This document shows, in pieces, positions 35,432 through 43,845 of a stretch of DNA of 58,770 nt (position 1 is its first letter; every line of letters starts with the position of its first letter). The DNA is taken from the IMG/VR virus record IMGVR_UViG_3300045996_001447, positions 1 to 58,770 of that record; one strand, 5' to 3'. Under the pieces are notes generated by a model that saw only the letters and a program-made list of their open reading frames with translations, did no database searches and was not told the origin of the DNA. Origin of the DNA: a virus. Taxonomy: Duplodnaviria; Caudoviricetes. Both the position numbers and the translations under genes were made by a program.

Positions 35432-35604
35432 TCCCCCGCGACGCCGACGCCTGGATCCTGTTCCTGTACCTGCTCGGCGCCGGCCTGGTCATCGGTGGGG
35501 CCTGGATCGGCACCTGGTGGATCTTCGTTCCCGGGCTGCTGTCGGTGGCCGCGGCGTTCGTCGTGTTGTTCCGGGACGAGGCGCGGGAACGGAGCGGCCG
35601 ATGA
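35428..35604 (+). CDS. small two-TM protein
   Basis: GGAGG RBS; hydrophobic. Confidence 0.65.
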   Translation: MIPRDADAWILFLYLLGAGLVIGGAWIGTWWIFVPGLLSVAAAFVVLFRDEARERSGR

Positions 35605-36398
35605 GCACGCCCGAACGGCTGGAGGCCGCGGACGCGTTCCTGGACCGGTCCGCCGCGGTGTTGGCCGAGCCCGAGCCGCTGACCGCGTGCGCGTGGTGCT
35701 CGCACCCGCTCGACGCGGGGTCCCCGTCCGGGGAGTTCTGCGGGGAACAGTGCGCGGCGTACTGGCGATCCGGGGCCGACTGGAGCCCGGGGGAACGGTG
35801 CGTGTGCCAGACCTGCGACCCCGAGGCGTACGCCGAGCGGGATCGGATCATGTCCCGGTGGCTGGGTGAGATCCGCCAGCGGAGCGCGGCGTCCCCCGCC
35901 CGCGGCCTGTTCCAGGTGATGCCGTCCACGTACCGAGAGCGTGCGCGCACCGGCGCCACCCTGCACGAGGTGGCCGAGTGGTTCGCGGGGGAACAGGCCG
36001 CCCGTCCGTACCAGTGGGGCGGAGTGCCGTCGGTCAGCGTGGAGACCTTCCGAGTCGAACGCGCGCTGGCCGAGGCGGAACGCCGGCTGGAGGAGTTCCG
36101 CCAGCGCCGGTTCCTCGGGATCGACGTCACCGAGCACGGTTCGGCGGTCTCCGTGGCGCACTACGACGACGCCGGCAACCTCGTGCTGGAGAGCCTGACC
36201 GACCTGACCGGCTGGACGGACATGGGCTGGTTGCAGGACCGTTCAGCCGACGTCCCGCCCGCCCCGCACTGGGAGGTGGCCTCGTTCCAGCGGCACTGGT
36301 TGGACCGATGGGTCGGCGGTGTCGAGACCACCGAGGTACCGGTGACGCGCTGGGTCGGGCGCAAGCCGAACCGTCGCAGGCGCAAGCGCCGGGGCTGA
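35601..36398 (+). CDS. hypothetical protein (N-terminal Zn finger, mosaic of short motifs)
   Basis: C..C...L....PS..FC.E.C...W; basic tail. Confidence 0.7.
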   Translation: MSTPERLEAADAFLDRSAAVLAEPEPLTACAWCSHPLDAGSPSGEFCGEQCAAYWRSGADWSPGERCVCQTCDPEAYAERDRIMSRWLGEIRQRSAASPARGLFQVMPSTYRERARTGATLHEVAEWFAGEQAARPYQWGGVPSVSVETFRVERALAEAERRLEEFRQRRFLGIDVTEHGSAVSVAHYDDAGNLVLESLTDLTGWTDMGWLQDRSADVPPAPHWEVASFQRHWLDRWVGGVETTEVPVTRWVGRKPNRRRRKRRG

Positions 36399-36496
36399 TT
36401 GTCGGGGCGTGGACAGCCACGTAAGAACGCCGGTTAGCGCAGCGGGCTGGTTGGCTGCGCATGGAGGCCAATGACCGACGTCGCCCCGACCCCTCG

Positions 36497-36550
36497 GTCG
36501 GACTGTCCACCCCCTGGTGTCGGACTGAAAGTGTGGTTTACACTGCACCC
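36497..36550 (+). promoter_or_regulatory. leaderless promoter with tandem GTCGGACTG sites
   Basis: GTCGGACTG at 36497 and 36519; TACACT 36539-44, ATG 6 nt later. Confidence 0.6.
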
Positions 36551-36904
36551 ATGGCGACCGACGAGACCGCGCTGGCCGAGCTGGCCAAGGTCCGGGACAA
36601 GATCCGCGAGACCGAGGAAGTGGACCTACCGCGCCTGCGGACCGAGCGTGACGAGCTGATCTGTGCCGCGCGCAAGGACGGCGCCATCGGTGACGAGCTG
36701 GCCGAGGCGTCCGGGCTGTCCCGTCAGAGCGTGCACAACGTGCTGCGGGACTACCGGATCCCGGCCCCGAACCGCACCCGCTCGGCCGAGCGACGGGCCA
36801 ACCAGGCCCGCTCGGACCTGCGCCGGGCGCTCGTCTCGGCCGGCCTGGACCCGGAGAACGTCACCGCCGAGGCGGTCCGCAGCGCGCTTGCGGATCCCGA
36901 GTAG
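36551..36904 (+). CDS. HTH DNA-binding protein
   Basis: RDELI..AR..G....ELAEASGLSRQSVHNVL. Confidence 0.8.
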   Translation: MATDETALAELAKVRDKIRETEEVDLPRLRTERDELICAARKDGAIGDELAEASGLSRQSVHNVLRDYRIPAPNRTRSAERRANQARSDLRRALVSAGLDPENVTAEAVRSALADPE

Positions 36905-36941
36905 ACCCGCACCACCGACACCGAGCACCCAGGAGGACACC

Positions 36942-37223
36942 ATGCCCCGACCCACCCAGGACCGGATCGACCGGTCCGAGCTGCCCGAGTTCCTGCGTAG
37001 CAAGGCGATCGGCGCCGTGGTCGCCGAGGCGCTGCTGTCGCCGAGCAACGGTGACGACTGGCCGGACGCCTACCGGACGATGGTCCAGGAGGCCGCGGCC
37101 GAGATCCGCACGTTCCACGGGTTGCCGGAGCCGGCACCGGAGATCGTTCGCAACGGTCACCTGACCGACTACCAGGTGGAGCGCGAGCTGGGCGTGGACA
37201 CGCAGGTGGAGGTCACGGACTGA
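36942..37223 (+). CDS. hypothetical protein
   Basis: AGGAGG RBS. Confidence 0.7.
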   Translation: MPRPTQDRIDRSELPEFLRSKAIGAVVAEALLSPSNGDDWPDAYRTMVQEAAAEIRTFHGLPEPAPEIVRNGHLTDYQVERELGVDTQVEVTD

Positions 37224-37558
37224 TGGCACCGGTCGATCTGCACGCGCTCCCGTTCGGGTCGGTAATCGCGGCGGGACAGACAGTGGCGATCCGGACTGCC
37301 CGGGGCTCGGTCGGCGGAGGTCTGCCGCGGCCCTGGTACCTGACTGACCCGCCTCACGGCCCGTACACCGTCGGGGACCTGCTGGCCATGTCCCAGGACT
37401 GGGTGGTGCTACGGCACGGGCCGTCCACGGTGGTCGGAGACCAGGCCGAGGTGGCCGACGAGTACGACCGGGACCCGGACGACGAGCCGGGCGGGGACGA
37501 CCCCGAGGCGCCCGGTGTCCAGGACCTGGGCCAAGCCTGGACGGAGCGGCACCGGTGA
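37223..37558 (+). CDS. hypothetical protein
   Basis: TGATG coupling; L.ALP.GSV...W.VLR.G. Confidence 0.65.
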   Translation: MAPVDLHALPFGSVIAAGQTVAIRTARGSVGGGLPRPWYLTDPPHGPYTVGDLLAMSQDWVVLRHGPSTVVGDQAEVADEYDRDPDDEPGGDDPEAPGVQDLGQAWTERHR

Positions 37559-37677
37559 CTGAGTGCGGCGGGTCCCTGGCGTGCGAGTTGACCGGCCTCC
37601 CGCCGGGGATCCTCACCGTCGGGGTGGCGGTGCTCGTGCTGCTGGGCCTGGTGTCCCAGGCGGGGAGGCGGAAATGA
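37555..37677 (+). CDS. 40-aa membrane peptide
   Basis: coupled at both ends; TM helix. Confidence 0.45.
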   Translation: MTECGGSLACELTGLPPGILTVGVAVLVLLGLVSQAGRRK

Positions 37678-37859
37678 TCACGACGCCGGAGCCGGGCCGC
37701 TGCGACGCCCCGACCGGCCCCGCCGGCTCGTGGCTCTGCGGGCGCCTGCTGCTGGGGACCGGGCGAGCGCGGCTGTGCACCGAGCACCCGGACCACCCCC
37801 AGGGTGCACCCGAACTGCCCGAGGTACCGCTGGAGCGACGCCGGCACCGGCGCCGCTGA
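37674..37859 (+). CDS. small Cys-containing protein
   Basis: GGAGG RBS, ATGA coupling. Confidence 0.5.
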   Translation: MITTPEPGRCDAPTGPAGSWLCGRLLLGTGRARLCTEHPDHPQGAPELPEVPLERRRHRRR

Positions 37860-37878
37860 GTACGAGACGAGGGTGACC

Positions 37879-38295
37879 ATGTCCGACACCGAGCACCGAT
37901 TCCCGTCGATCTCCGCCGAGCCCGAGCCGCGCCCGGGTACCGACGTGGAGCGTCCGAGCGGCCCCGTGCCGCCGTGGTTCCGGCCGGAGACCTACGTCCG
38001 GTGGGCGCTGACCGCGGGCTACGTGATCGCGCTGGCCGGACTGGTGTCCACGCTCGGTGGCGGAGTGGCCCCCTGGCTGGGCTGGATTGTGCTGCTGCTC
38101 GGTACCGGCGCGCCGGCCCTGGTGTTCTGGATCAAGCACAACGACCACCAGAACGCGATCGACCGGGGCGTGCGCGGGATCGGCACCGGTCCCGGGGCGT
38201 CCCGGTTCCAGGGCGGGACGTCGCTCTCGGCGGGCCCGGGACGCGACGACGACCACCGGGCCGACGATTCCGAGTCGGACGTCAGATACCCCTAA
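37879..38295 (+). CDS. two-TM membrane protein
   Basis: GAGGG RBS; two hydrophobic helices. Confidence 0.7.
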   Translation: MSDTEHRFPSISAEPEPRPGTDVERPSGPVPPWFRPETYVRWALTAGYVIALAGLVSTLGGGVAPWLGWIVLLLGTGAPALVFWIKHNDHQNAIDRGVRGIGTGPGASRFQGGTSLSAGPGRDDDHRADDSESDVRYP

Positions 38296-38317
38296 TGATC
38301 TTCATTAATGCAGATCA
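38296..38317. promoter_or_regulatory. 22-bp AT-rich near-palindrome (operator-like)
   Basis: TGATCTTCATTAATGCAGATCA, one mismatched pair. Confidence 0.5.
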
Positions 38318-38347
38318 GGGGCACGTGCGGGAAGTGTGTGGATCATC

Positions 38348-38893
38348 ATGGACACGGAGGGTGAACAGCCGTCACGCGCTGATCTGATCGCCCGTGCCTG
38401 GGAACTGTCCACCGGCAACGCTCCCGAGTGCCACGACCGGCCGATGAGCACTCGCCGCGTGGCCCGAGAGATGGACATCCCGCACTCCACGGCGCGGGAC
38501 TACATCAAGGAAGCGCACGAGGTCCAGGGATGGATCGACCTGCTGGACCGGGCCGAGGGGCGACAGGCGCTCGCGTTGCGGACCATGCGGGTGCTCGATC
38601 GGCTGGACAAGGTGATGGAGGACGACGAGCGGCTGGTGGAGGTGGCTCCGGTGTGGTTCAAGGGAGCCGGCCAGCTCGCCCAGTTGCTCGGGCTCAACGC
38701 CCCGGTGCGGGTGCAGAACGAGACGGTACGGCCGAACGTGGAGCCGAGCCCCGACGTGGCCGAGGCGGTCCGCGCGGCCCAGCGACGAGCGGCCCGGGAA
38801 CGCGCCGAGATCCGCGGGGAGTCCCCGCTGGTGATCGCGCCGGGGCAGGACGGTACCGAGAACGACGACGACGACGGAGACGGAGAGACGTGA
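38348..38893 (+). CDS. terminase small subunit-like HTH protein (second set)
   Basis: HTH S.R.VA.EM.I..STA..YI; helical RLD; C-terminal LLGLNAP.R motif seen in TerS-like proteins. Confidence 0.55.
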   Translation: MDTEGEQPSRADLIARAWELSTGNAPECHDRPMSTRRVAREMDIPHSTARDYIKEAHEVQGWIDLLDRAEGRQALALRTMRVLDRLDKVMEDDERLVEVAPVWFKGAGQLAQLLGLNAPVRVQNETVRPNVEPSPDVAEAVRAAQRRAARERAEIRGESPLVIAPGQDGTENDDDDGDGET

Positions 38894-39384
38894 TGCCGCA
38901 CTGGAACTACCGAGTTCTGCGCCGGGAGGTGAATGGGGAAACGGAACTGGCCGTGCACGAGGTCTATTGGGACGGAGACCGGATCACCGGGTGGACCGAG
39001 ACCCCGGCAACGGCCACGGCGGAGACCCTTCCGGAGCTACGCGACGTCCTGGCCAAGATGGCGACCGCCCCGGAGTTCGACGTGATCGAGATCAGCACCG
39101 ACGACGAGGAGTGGAACATGAGCTGGGGACACTGGAGCGGAGACTACGACCCGCCGGCCGCGAACCGGCCGCCGAGCGGGCTGCGCCACGCGCTGGCGAT
39201 GGCCTGGCGCGACGCCCGGCCCGAGCTGGCCCAGGCCCTGCAGCGTCTCGCGCTGCGCCTGGACCCGGGGATGCCCTACGTCCGGGACACCGGGTACGGG
39301 ATGGAGGTCTGGGCGAACGGGGTCAAGCTGCTGCGCCTCGGGCGCGGCTCGGTAGCGGGGCGCCAGTACGGGGGCGAGGCATGA
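38893..39384 (+). CDS. hypothetical protein (WNYRV...HEVY motif)
   Basis: TGATG coupling. Confidence 0.7.
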   Translation: MPHWNYRVLRREVNGETELAVHEVYWDGDRITGWTETPATATAETLPELRDVLAKMATAPEFDVIEISTDDEEWNMSWGHWSGDYDPPAANRPPSGLRHALAMAWRDARPELAQALQRLALRLDPGMPYVRDTGYGMEVWANGVKLLRLGRGSVAGRQYGGEA

Positions 39385-39476
39385 ACTGCCCAGGGTGCGG
39401 CCGGACGCTGTCGAATCCGAGGCGCTGCATCGCGTGCGGCTGGGGATTCTTCCGTCGGCTGGTGATGACGCGATGA
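39381..39476 (+). CDS. 31-aa Zn-ribbon peptide
   Basis: CPGCG...CIACG; coupled. Confidence 0.5.
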   Translation: MNCPGCGRTLSNPRRCIACGWGFFRRLVMTR

Positions 39477-39958
39477 CCGGCCCGCGCGCCCGGGACCCGC
39501 AGCCCGGGGACCCGGACTACGGCGAGCACCTCGCCCGGCGGATCGCGGGGGCGATCGCCTGGCAGGGGCGGGTTCCCGCGAACCAGGCCCTGGGCGGGAT
39601 CGACTTGGCCCGCGCGATCGTCGCGTTACCCGAGGTGCAGGCGTTGCTCGCCAGTGAGCTGGATCGGTCCTCCACGGGGCTGCTGTCGTCGGTGGACGAT
39701 GTCGCCCGCGTCTGCCAGGCCGCCGGGCTGCGAGAGGGCGGCGATCAGGAGTGGGGCGCTGGTCCGGTCGCGGTGTATACCGGGCTGCGGCGCGGGCGGA
39801 CGCTCCGCTCGGTCGTTGTCGAGCGACTCGAACACGTCGACACGCATCAGAGCGGCGTCCGGGCCGTGTGGTCGGCACGGTTCTACCCCGGCAGCCCCGC
39901 TCACCTGTTGTGGGCGGCGATCCAGGCCGCGCACGTCGGGCAGCGGGACGGCGCATGA
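39473..39958 (+). CDS. hypothetical protein
   Basis: ATGA coupling. Confidence 0.6.
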   Translation: MTGPRARDPQPGDPDYGEHLARRIAGAIAWQGRVPANQALGGIDLARAIVALPEVQALLASELDRSSTGLLSSVDDVARVCQAAGLREGGDQEWGAGPVAVYTGLRRGRTLRSVVVERLEHVDTHQSGVRAVWSARFYPGSPAHLLWAAIQAAHVGQRDGA

Positions 39959-40110
39959 TCCGCGGGCTGTTCGGCCGGCTCGTGCCGCCTCGGGACCCGG
40001 ACGAGGCGCCGGTCCCGGTGCGGGAGGTGCAGCGGCTGGAGGACGAGGTCCGGGCGCTGCGTGAGCGGGTGCGGGTGCTGGAGGAACGAGTGGACGAGGT
40101 GGGCTGGTGA
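39955..40110 (+). CDS. small coiled-coil protein
   Basis: coupled; heptad pattern. Confidence 0.55.
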   Translation: MIRGLFGRLVPPRDPDEAPVPVREVQRLEDEVRALRERVRVLEERVDEVGW

Positions 40111-40304
40111 TTGACGTGACGATGACGTTCCGGGTGTCGCGCCCGGACGGGACCGCGGACACCGTGACCGTCCAGCGCCGGATCGACCGGCCGGGGGACC
40201 CGGCGGGAACGGTGGTCCCGGGGCGACTCCACGCCGACATCGCGGCCATGGGTGTGCGCCTGGCCCACGACGTGAACCGGATCTACGCCCCGAGGGAGAC
40301 CTGA
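40107..40304 (+). CDS. hypothetical protein
   Basis: coupled. Confidence 0.55.
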   Translation: MIDVTMTFRVSRPDGTADTVTVQRRIDRPGDPAGTVVPGRLHADIAAMGVRLAHDVNRIYAPRET

Positions 40305-40552
40305 TGACCGAGTACGAGCGCGAGGACGGGCCGCGGGCCACCAAGTCGATCGATCTCACCGCACTGCCCCCGCCGGTGGAGTTCATCGTGCGCGCTCGGG
40401 TGCCGGCGTGGCAGGTCACCGGCGGCACGATGTACGCCGACGAGATCCCGCTGTTCGAGTGCTCGCGGTGCCCGGGCGTGGTGATCTGGGGTGACCGGCT
40501 CTACCCGCACCGGGAGTGGCACCTGGTCCAGGATCGGAGGCCGCCGACGTGA
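40304..40552 (+). CDS. hypothetical protein (CxxC...H..WH)
   Basis: GGGAG RBS; coupled. Confidence 0.6.
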   Translation: MTEYEREDGPRATKSIDLTALPPPVEFIVRARVPAWQVTGGTMYADEIPLFECSRCPGVVIWGDRLYPHREWHLVQDRRPPT

Positions 40553-40656
40553 TCGGGTTCATGGAGTACATGACTGTTGCTTTGTCGAGCGGTGGACTCG
40601 CCTACGTCGTGGGGTATCGCTCCGGTCGGCAGGATCGGAGGCCGCCGACGTGATCG
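40529..40656 (+). repeat. 27-bp perfect direct repeats flanking a minigene
   Basis: CAGGATCGGAGGCCGCCGACGTGATCG at 40529 and 40630. Confidence 0.9.
40549..40653 (+). CDS. 34-aa hydrophobic minigene
   Basis: MIGFMEYMTVALSSGGLAYVVGYRSGRQDRRPPT; RBS supplied by the repeat. Confidence 0.5.
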   Translation: MIGFMEYMTVALSSGGLAYVVGYRSGRQDRRPPT

Positions 40657-40985
40657 AGATGGGCCTGTTCGTCCTGCTGAACGCCGGGCTCTCGATGTTC
40701 GCCGGAGGGATCGGGGCCTTGGTGGCGTTCGCGATCGACCGGAGGATGGACGACCGACCGACACAGCCTCCCGCCGAGCCCCAGCCGCTGGAGGCGGTGT
40801 GCTCGTGCGGGCACGGGTACGGCAAGCACCGTCACGACGGGTGCGGCGGGGTCACCGTGGTGCGCCGGGAGTGGACCCAGGACAGTTCGCTGAACACGTG
40901 GTTCGAGGAACAGATCCTGGAGTGCGGGTGCATCACCTACGACGGTCCGGACCTGGAGACGGTCCGGATGCTGCGGGGAGGCTGA
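40650..40985 (+). CDS. membrane-anchored protein with C.CGH....H / CGC..Y.GP domain
   Basis: GGAGG RBS; TM helix. Confidence 0.7.
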   Translation: MIEMGLFVLLNAGLSMFAGGIGALVAFAIDRRMDDRPTQPPAEPQPLEAVCSCGHGYGKHRHDGCGGVTVVRREWTQDSSLNTWFEEQILECGCITYDGPDLETVRMLRGG

Positions 40986-40986
40986 C

Positions 40987-41238
40987 GTGACCGAGCGACT
41001 GCACAACAAGGACTACACGGTGGCCGAGGCGGTCCAGGTGGTTCACACGGTGCGCGACCATCCGGCGCTCTCCGGGTTCCTCACGCGGCGAGACCTGTTG
41101 CGCGCGGCCGGCGTGCTGGCCGACTACGCGGCCGCCACCGGAAACGGGCCGATCAACGTGGCGCCCGGCCGCGCGGTGATCACGATGCCAGACGGCACCT
41201 CGTACGAGATCCCGCTGGTGGGCCGGGTGGCCCGATGA
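40987..41238 (+). CDS. hypothetical protein
   Basis: GGAGG RBS; coupled to next gene. Confidence 0.65.
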   Translation: MTERLHNKDYTVAEAVQVVHTVRDHPALSGFLTRRDLLRAAGVLADYAAATGNGPINVAPGRAVITMPDGTSYEIPLVGRVAR

Positions 41239-42713
41239 CCACGATCGAGTTCCCGCCGGGCGTGGACGCGGCGCGGGTGCTGACGCCGCTCAACTCGGCG
41301 GCCTGGGAGCACTCTCCGGCCTACCGGCGCGCGGTCACGGTGAACGACCCGGTGGCGTTTGCGATCACCTACCTCCCCCACCACCTGGCCAGCACGCTGA
41401 CGGGTGGGGTGATGTCGTTCGCGCCGATGCACATCGCGATGGCCAAGCTGGGCCGGTCGTGGCTGGATGACCGGCCGCACCGGGACGCGGTGATCGCGCC
41501 GCGCTCGATCGGGAAATCCACCTGGGCGTTCCTGGTGCTCCCGCTCTGGGCGATGGCGCACGGGCACCGGTCCTACGTGGTGGCGTTCGCCGACGCCTCG
41601 GGGCAGGCCGAGGGGCACCTGGCGAACTTGCGGAACGAGATCGCACGCAACGAGCTGCTGGCCCAGGACTTCCCCGAGCTGACGCCGGCCGGGCGCAACA
41701 ACGCCAAGGACCTGGTGACCGAGGGCGGGGCCGCGTTCTCGGCGCGCGGGATGGACTCGCGCACGCTGGGGGCCAAGTCCGGGGCCGACCGCCCGGACCT
41801 GCTGATCGGGGACGACCTGGAGCCGATGAGCCGCTACAGCGCCCAGGTGCGTGACGAGCGCCTCCACGTCCTGCTGGACGGGGTGTTGCCGATGGGCGAC
41901 CGGGCCAACGTGCTGCTGGTCGGCACCGTGGTGCGCTACGGGTCGATCATGCACACGCTGGCCCAGTACGCACGCGGCCGGGAGACCGGGGAGGCGTGGC
42001 CGGTGTCCGAGGGGATCGCGGCGCACTACTTCCCGCCGATCCTGGGCACCGGGGCCCGGGAGCGCTCGTGCTGGCCGGCGCGCTGGCCGCTGTCCGAGCT
42101 GCGTGCGCTGCGTGATGCGGGCGGGTCCAAGTGGTGGCTGAACTTCCTCAACGACCCGCCGCGCCCGGGCGAGTCCGGCGCCGGCTGGACGCCGGAGATG
42201 TTCACCTACGGCGGGGCCGACGTGGACCAGTGGGTCGTGGTGGTGGACCTGGCGCCGACGTCCAAGGCCACGAGCGACCAGACCGCGGTGGCGGTGCTCG
42301 GGGTGGACGTGTCGGGCCGGCACCTGGTGGTGGCCGAGTGCCGCGGGGTGCGCGCCCAGCCCGGGGAGATCCGGGACCTGGTGCACCGGCTGGCCAAGCG
42401 CTACCACGCGCGGGAGGTGCACGCCGAGGTGAACCAGGGCCACGACACCTGGCGCCGGGTGTTCCAGCCGATGCCTCAGCTCCCCGGCTCCGGAAAGCCG
42501 GTCCGGCTGGTCCCGTTCCACACCTCGTCCAACAAGCGGGAGCGGATCCTGGACCTGGTGGACCTCTACGGCCGCGGCGGGGTGATCCACCTGGATCGGC
42601 TCGGGGAGCTGGAGCGCCAGGCCCTGGCGTGGCCGGATGTGCGCCACGACGACCTGGTGGACGTGATCGCGCTCGGCGCCGAGCGCCTGGCCGGTCAGCT
42701 CGTGCGGCTGTAA
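41235..42713 (+). CDS. second terminase large subunit-like ATPase/nuclease
   Basis: Walker A IAPRSIGKST, RPDLLIGDDLE Walker B, VGT motif, nuclease VVVDLA...SD.TA, E.NQG, and HDDLVD. Confidence 0.88.
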   Translation: MTTIEFPPGVDAARVLTPLNSAAWEHSPAYRRAVTVNDPVAFAITYLPHHLASTLTGGVMSFAPMHIAMAKLGRSWLDDRPHRDAVIAPRSIGKSTWAFLVLPLWAMAHGHRSYVVAFADASGQAEGHLANLRNEIARNELLAQDFPELTPAGRNNAKDLVTEGGAAFSARGMDSRTLGAKSGADRPDLLIGDDLEPMSRYSAQVRDERLHVLLDGVLPMGDRANVLLVGTVVRYGSIMHTLAQYARGRETGEAWPVSEGIAAHYFPPILGTGARERSCWPARWPLSELRALRDAGGSKWWLNFLNDPPRPGESGAGWTPEMFTYGGADVDQWVVVVDLAPTSKATSDQTAVAVLGVDVSGRHLVVAECRGVRAQPGEIRDLVHRLAKRYHAREVHAEVNQGHDTWRRVFQPMPQLPGSGKPVRLVPFHTSSNKRERILDLVDLYGRGGVIHLDRLGELERQALAWPDVRHDDLVDVIALGAERLAGQLVRL

Positions 42714-42733
42714 CGGGCTAATTCGAGGCAACC

Positions 42734-42874
42734 GTGTTTCGACTGCTGAGTGTGGGGGTTCTCGACCGAGTTATGAGACAGATGCCGGACGGCCTACGGT
42801 CGCGGTGGTTCCGGTGGCGTGCGAAACGGATTATCCGCCAGGTGGACCGACGTCACGGCCCGTTGGGCTACTAG
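42734..42874 (+). CDS. possible 46-aa peptide
   Basis: GAGG RBS + GTG; atypical codon usage. Confidence 0.3.
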   Translation: MFRLLSVGVLDRVMRQMPDGLRSRWFRWRAKRIIRQVDRRHGPLGY

Positions 42875-42968
42875 CCCGGACACGACGAAACGCCCCGGTC
42901 GCCGACCCGCTGTAGCGGTGCCGACGCCGGGGCGTCATCAGTTCTAGGTACGGCCTTGCATTCGTCGG

Positions 42969-42998
42969 TTGCACGTAGTGTCGGGCGTGGTTTACAGT
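42969..42998 (+). promoter_or_regulatory. SigA-like leaderless promoter with TGTCGGG box
   Basis: TTGCAC-18-TACAGT-6 nt-ATG(43005); hairpin at about 42890-42936 upstream. Confidence 0.8.
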
Positions 42999-43004
42999 GG
43001 TCGC

Positions 43005-43385
43005 ATGACGCACACCGAGACCGCCACCCCCACCAGCATCGCGCACCTGATCGTGGATGACCTGGACTACATCAGCAGCAAGCCCGTTCGGGTCCCGCAC
43101 GTCGGCCGGGTCGGCGTTGTCCAGTCCGCCTACCGGATCTCCGGTCAGATCACCGTGGACGTCCGGTTCCCGGATGGCTCGGTCATCGGGGACCTGGGCG
43201 CGTTCGGCGAGTACGCCGATGTAAAGCAGGTGGACGACACCACGGCTTACGAGGCGTACCGCCGCGACATCGCGCTGGACGCGCGCTGGATGGTGTGGCC
43301 CTCGTGCGACGAGTGCGACAACGGGCCGTCCAAGCCGTGCCGCCGGACCTGCTCGTACATCGCCCGGATCTACCACACCCGCTGA
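43005..43385 (+). CDS. hypothetical protein
   Basis: leaderless start MTHTETAT; C-terminal CxxC...C...C. Confidence 0.75.
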   Translation: MTHTETATPTSIAHLIVDDLDYISSKPVRVPHVGRVGVVQSAYRISGQITVDVRFPDGSVIGDLGAFGEYADVKQVDDTTAYEAYRRDIALDARWMVWPSCDECDNGPSKPCRRTCSYIARIYHTR

Positions 43386-43393
43386 CCGCTGGT

Positions 43394-43423
43394 CCCCCGA
43401 GCCCCCAGGGAAGGGCTCGGGGG
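43394..43423 (+). terminator. hairpin
   Basis: CCCCCGAGCCC / GGGCTCGGGGG. Confidence 0.6.
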
Positions 43424-43461
43424 CCTGTCATCTCATCACACCGAGCACGAGAGTAGGAACC

Positions 43462-43845
43462 ATGACACGCCAACCCGGGATCCCCGTCGGTGACGGCGCC
43501 GCGCGCCTGTCCGGCCGCCAGCGCCGCGCCGTGGACGCCCGTATGTCCGAGGTCCTGGGCAACGACGACCGGCCGCCGGCCGTGTCCGGCTGGACCCGGT
43601 TCTCCCACCAGATGAGCGTCCAGGCCCAGGTGATCCACGGCCAGCCGCGGTTCGGCCACCTGCTCCACGCCTGCCTCACGATCCTGACCGGCGGGGCCTG
43701 GGGCCTCGTGTGGTGGGCGTGCTGGATGGGCTCGGCCCGGCGCCGCTACCAGCGCACGCGCCTGCGCCAACTCGACGCGGCCGGCCTGCTGCACCCGGGG
43801 GACCTGTTCCTCCCCGGCGGCTCCGGGCCGCGGCGGGCGCCCTAG
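43462..43845 (+). CDS. membrane protein (H.LH..LT.LT.G.W..VW motif)
   Basis: AGGA RBS; last plus-strand gene. Confidence 0.7.
   Translation: MTRQPGIPVGDGAARLSGRQRRAVDARMSEVLGNDDRPPAVSGWTRFSHQMSVQAQVIHGQPRFGHLLHACLTILTGGAWGLVWWACWMGSARRRYQRTRLRQLDAAGLLHPGDLFLPGGSGPRRAP

Noticed and set aside
38348-42713. Inserted satellite or second prophage explaining the extra terminase
   Set aside because: No integrase, att repeats, portal or capsid, and no compositional break seen; an assembly chimera cannot be fully excluded without reads.
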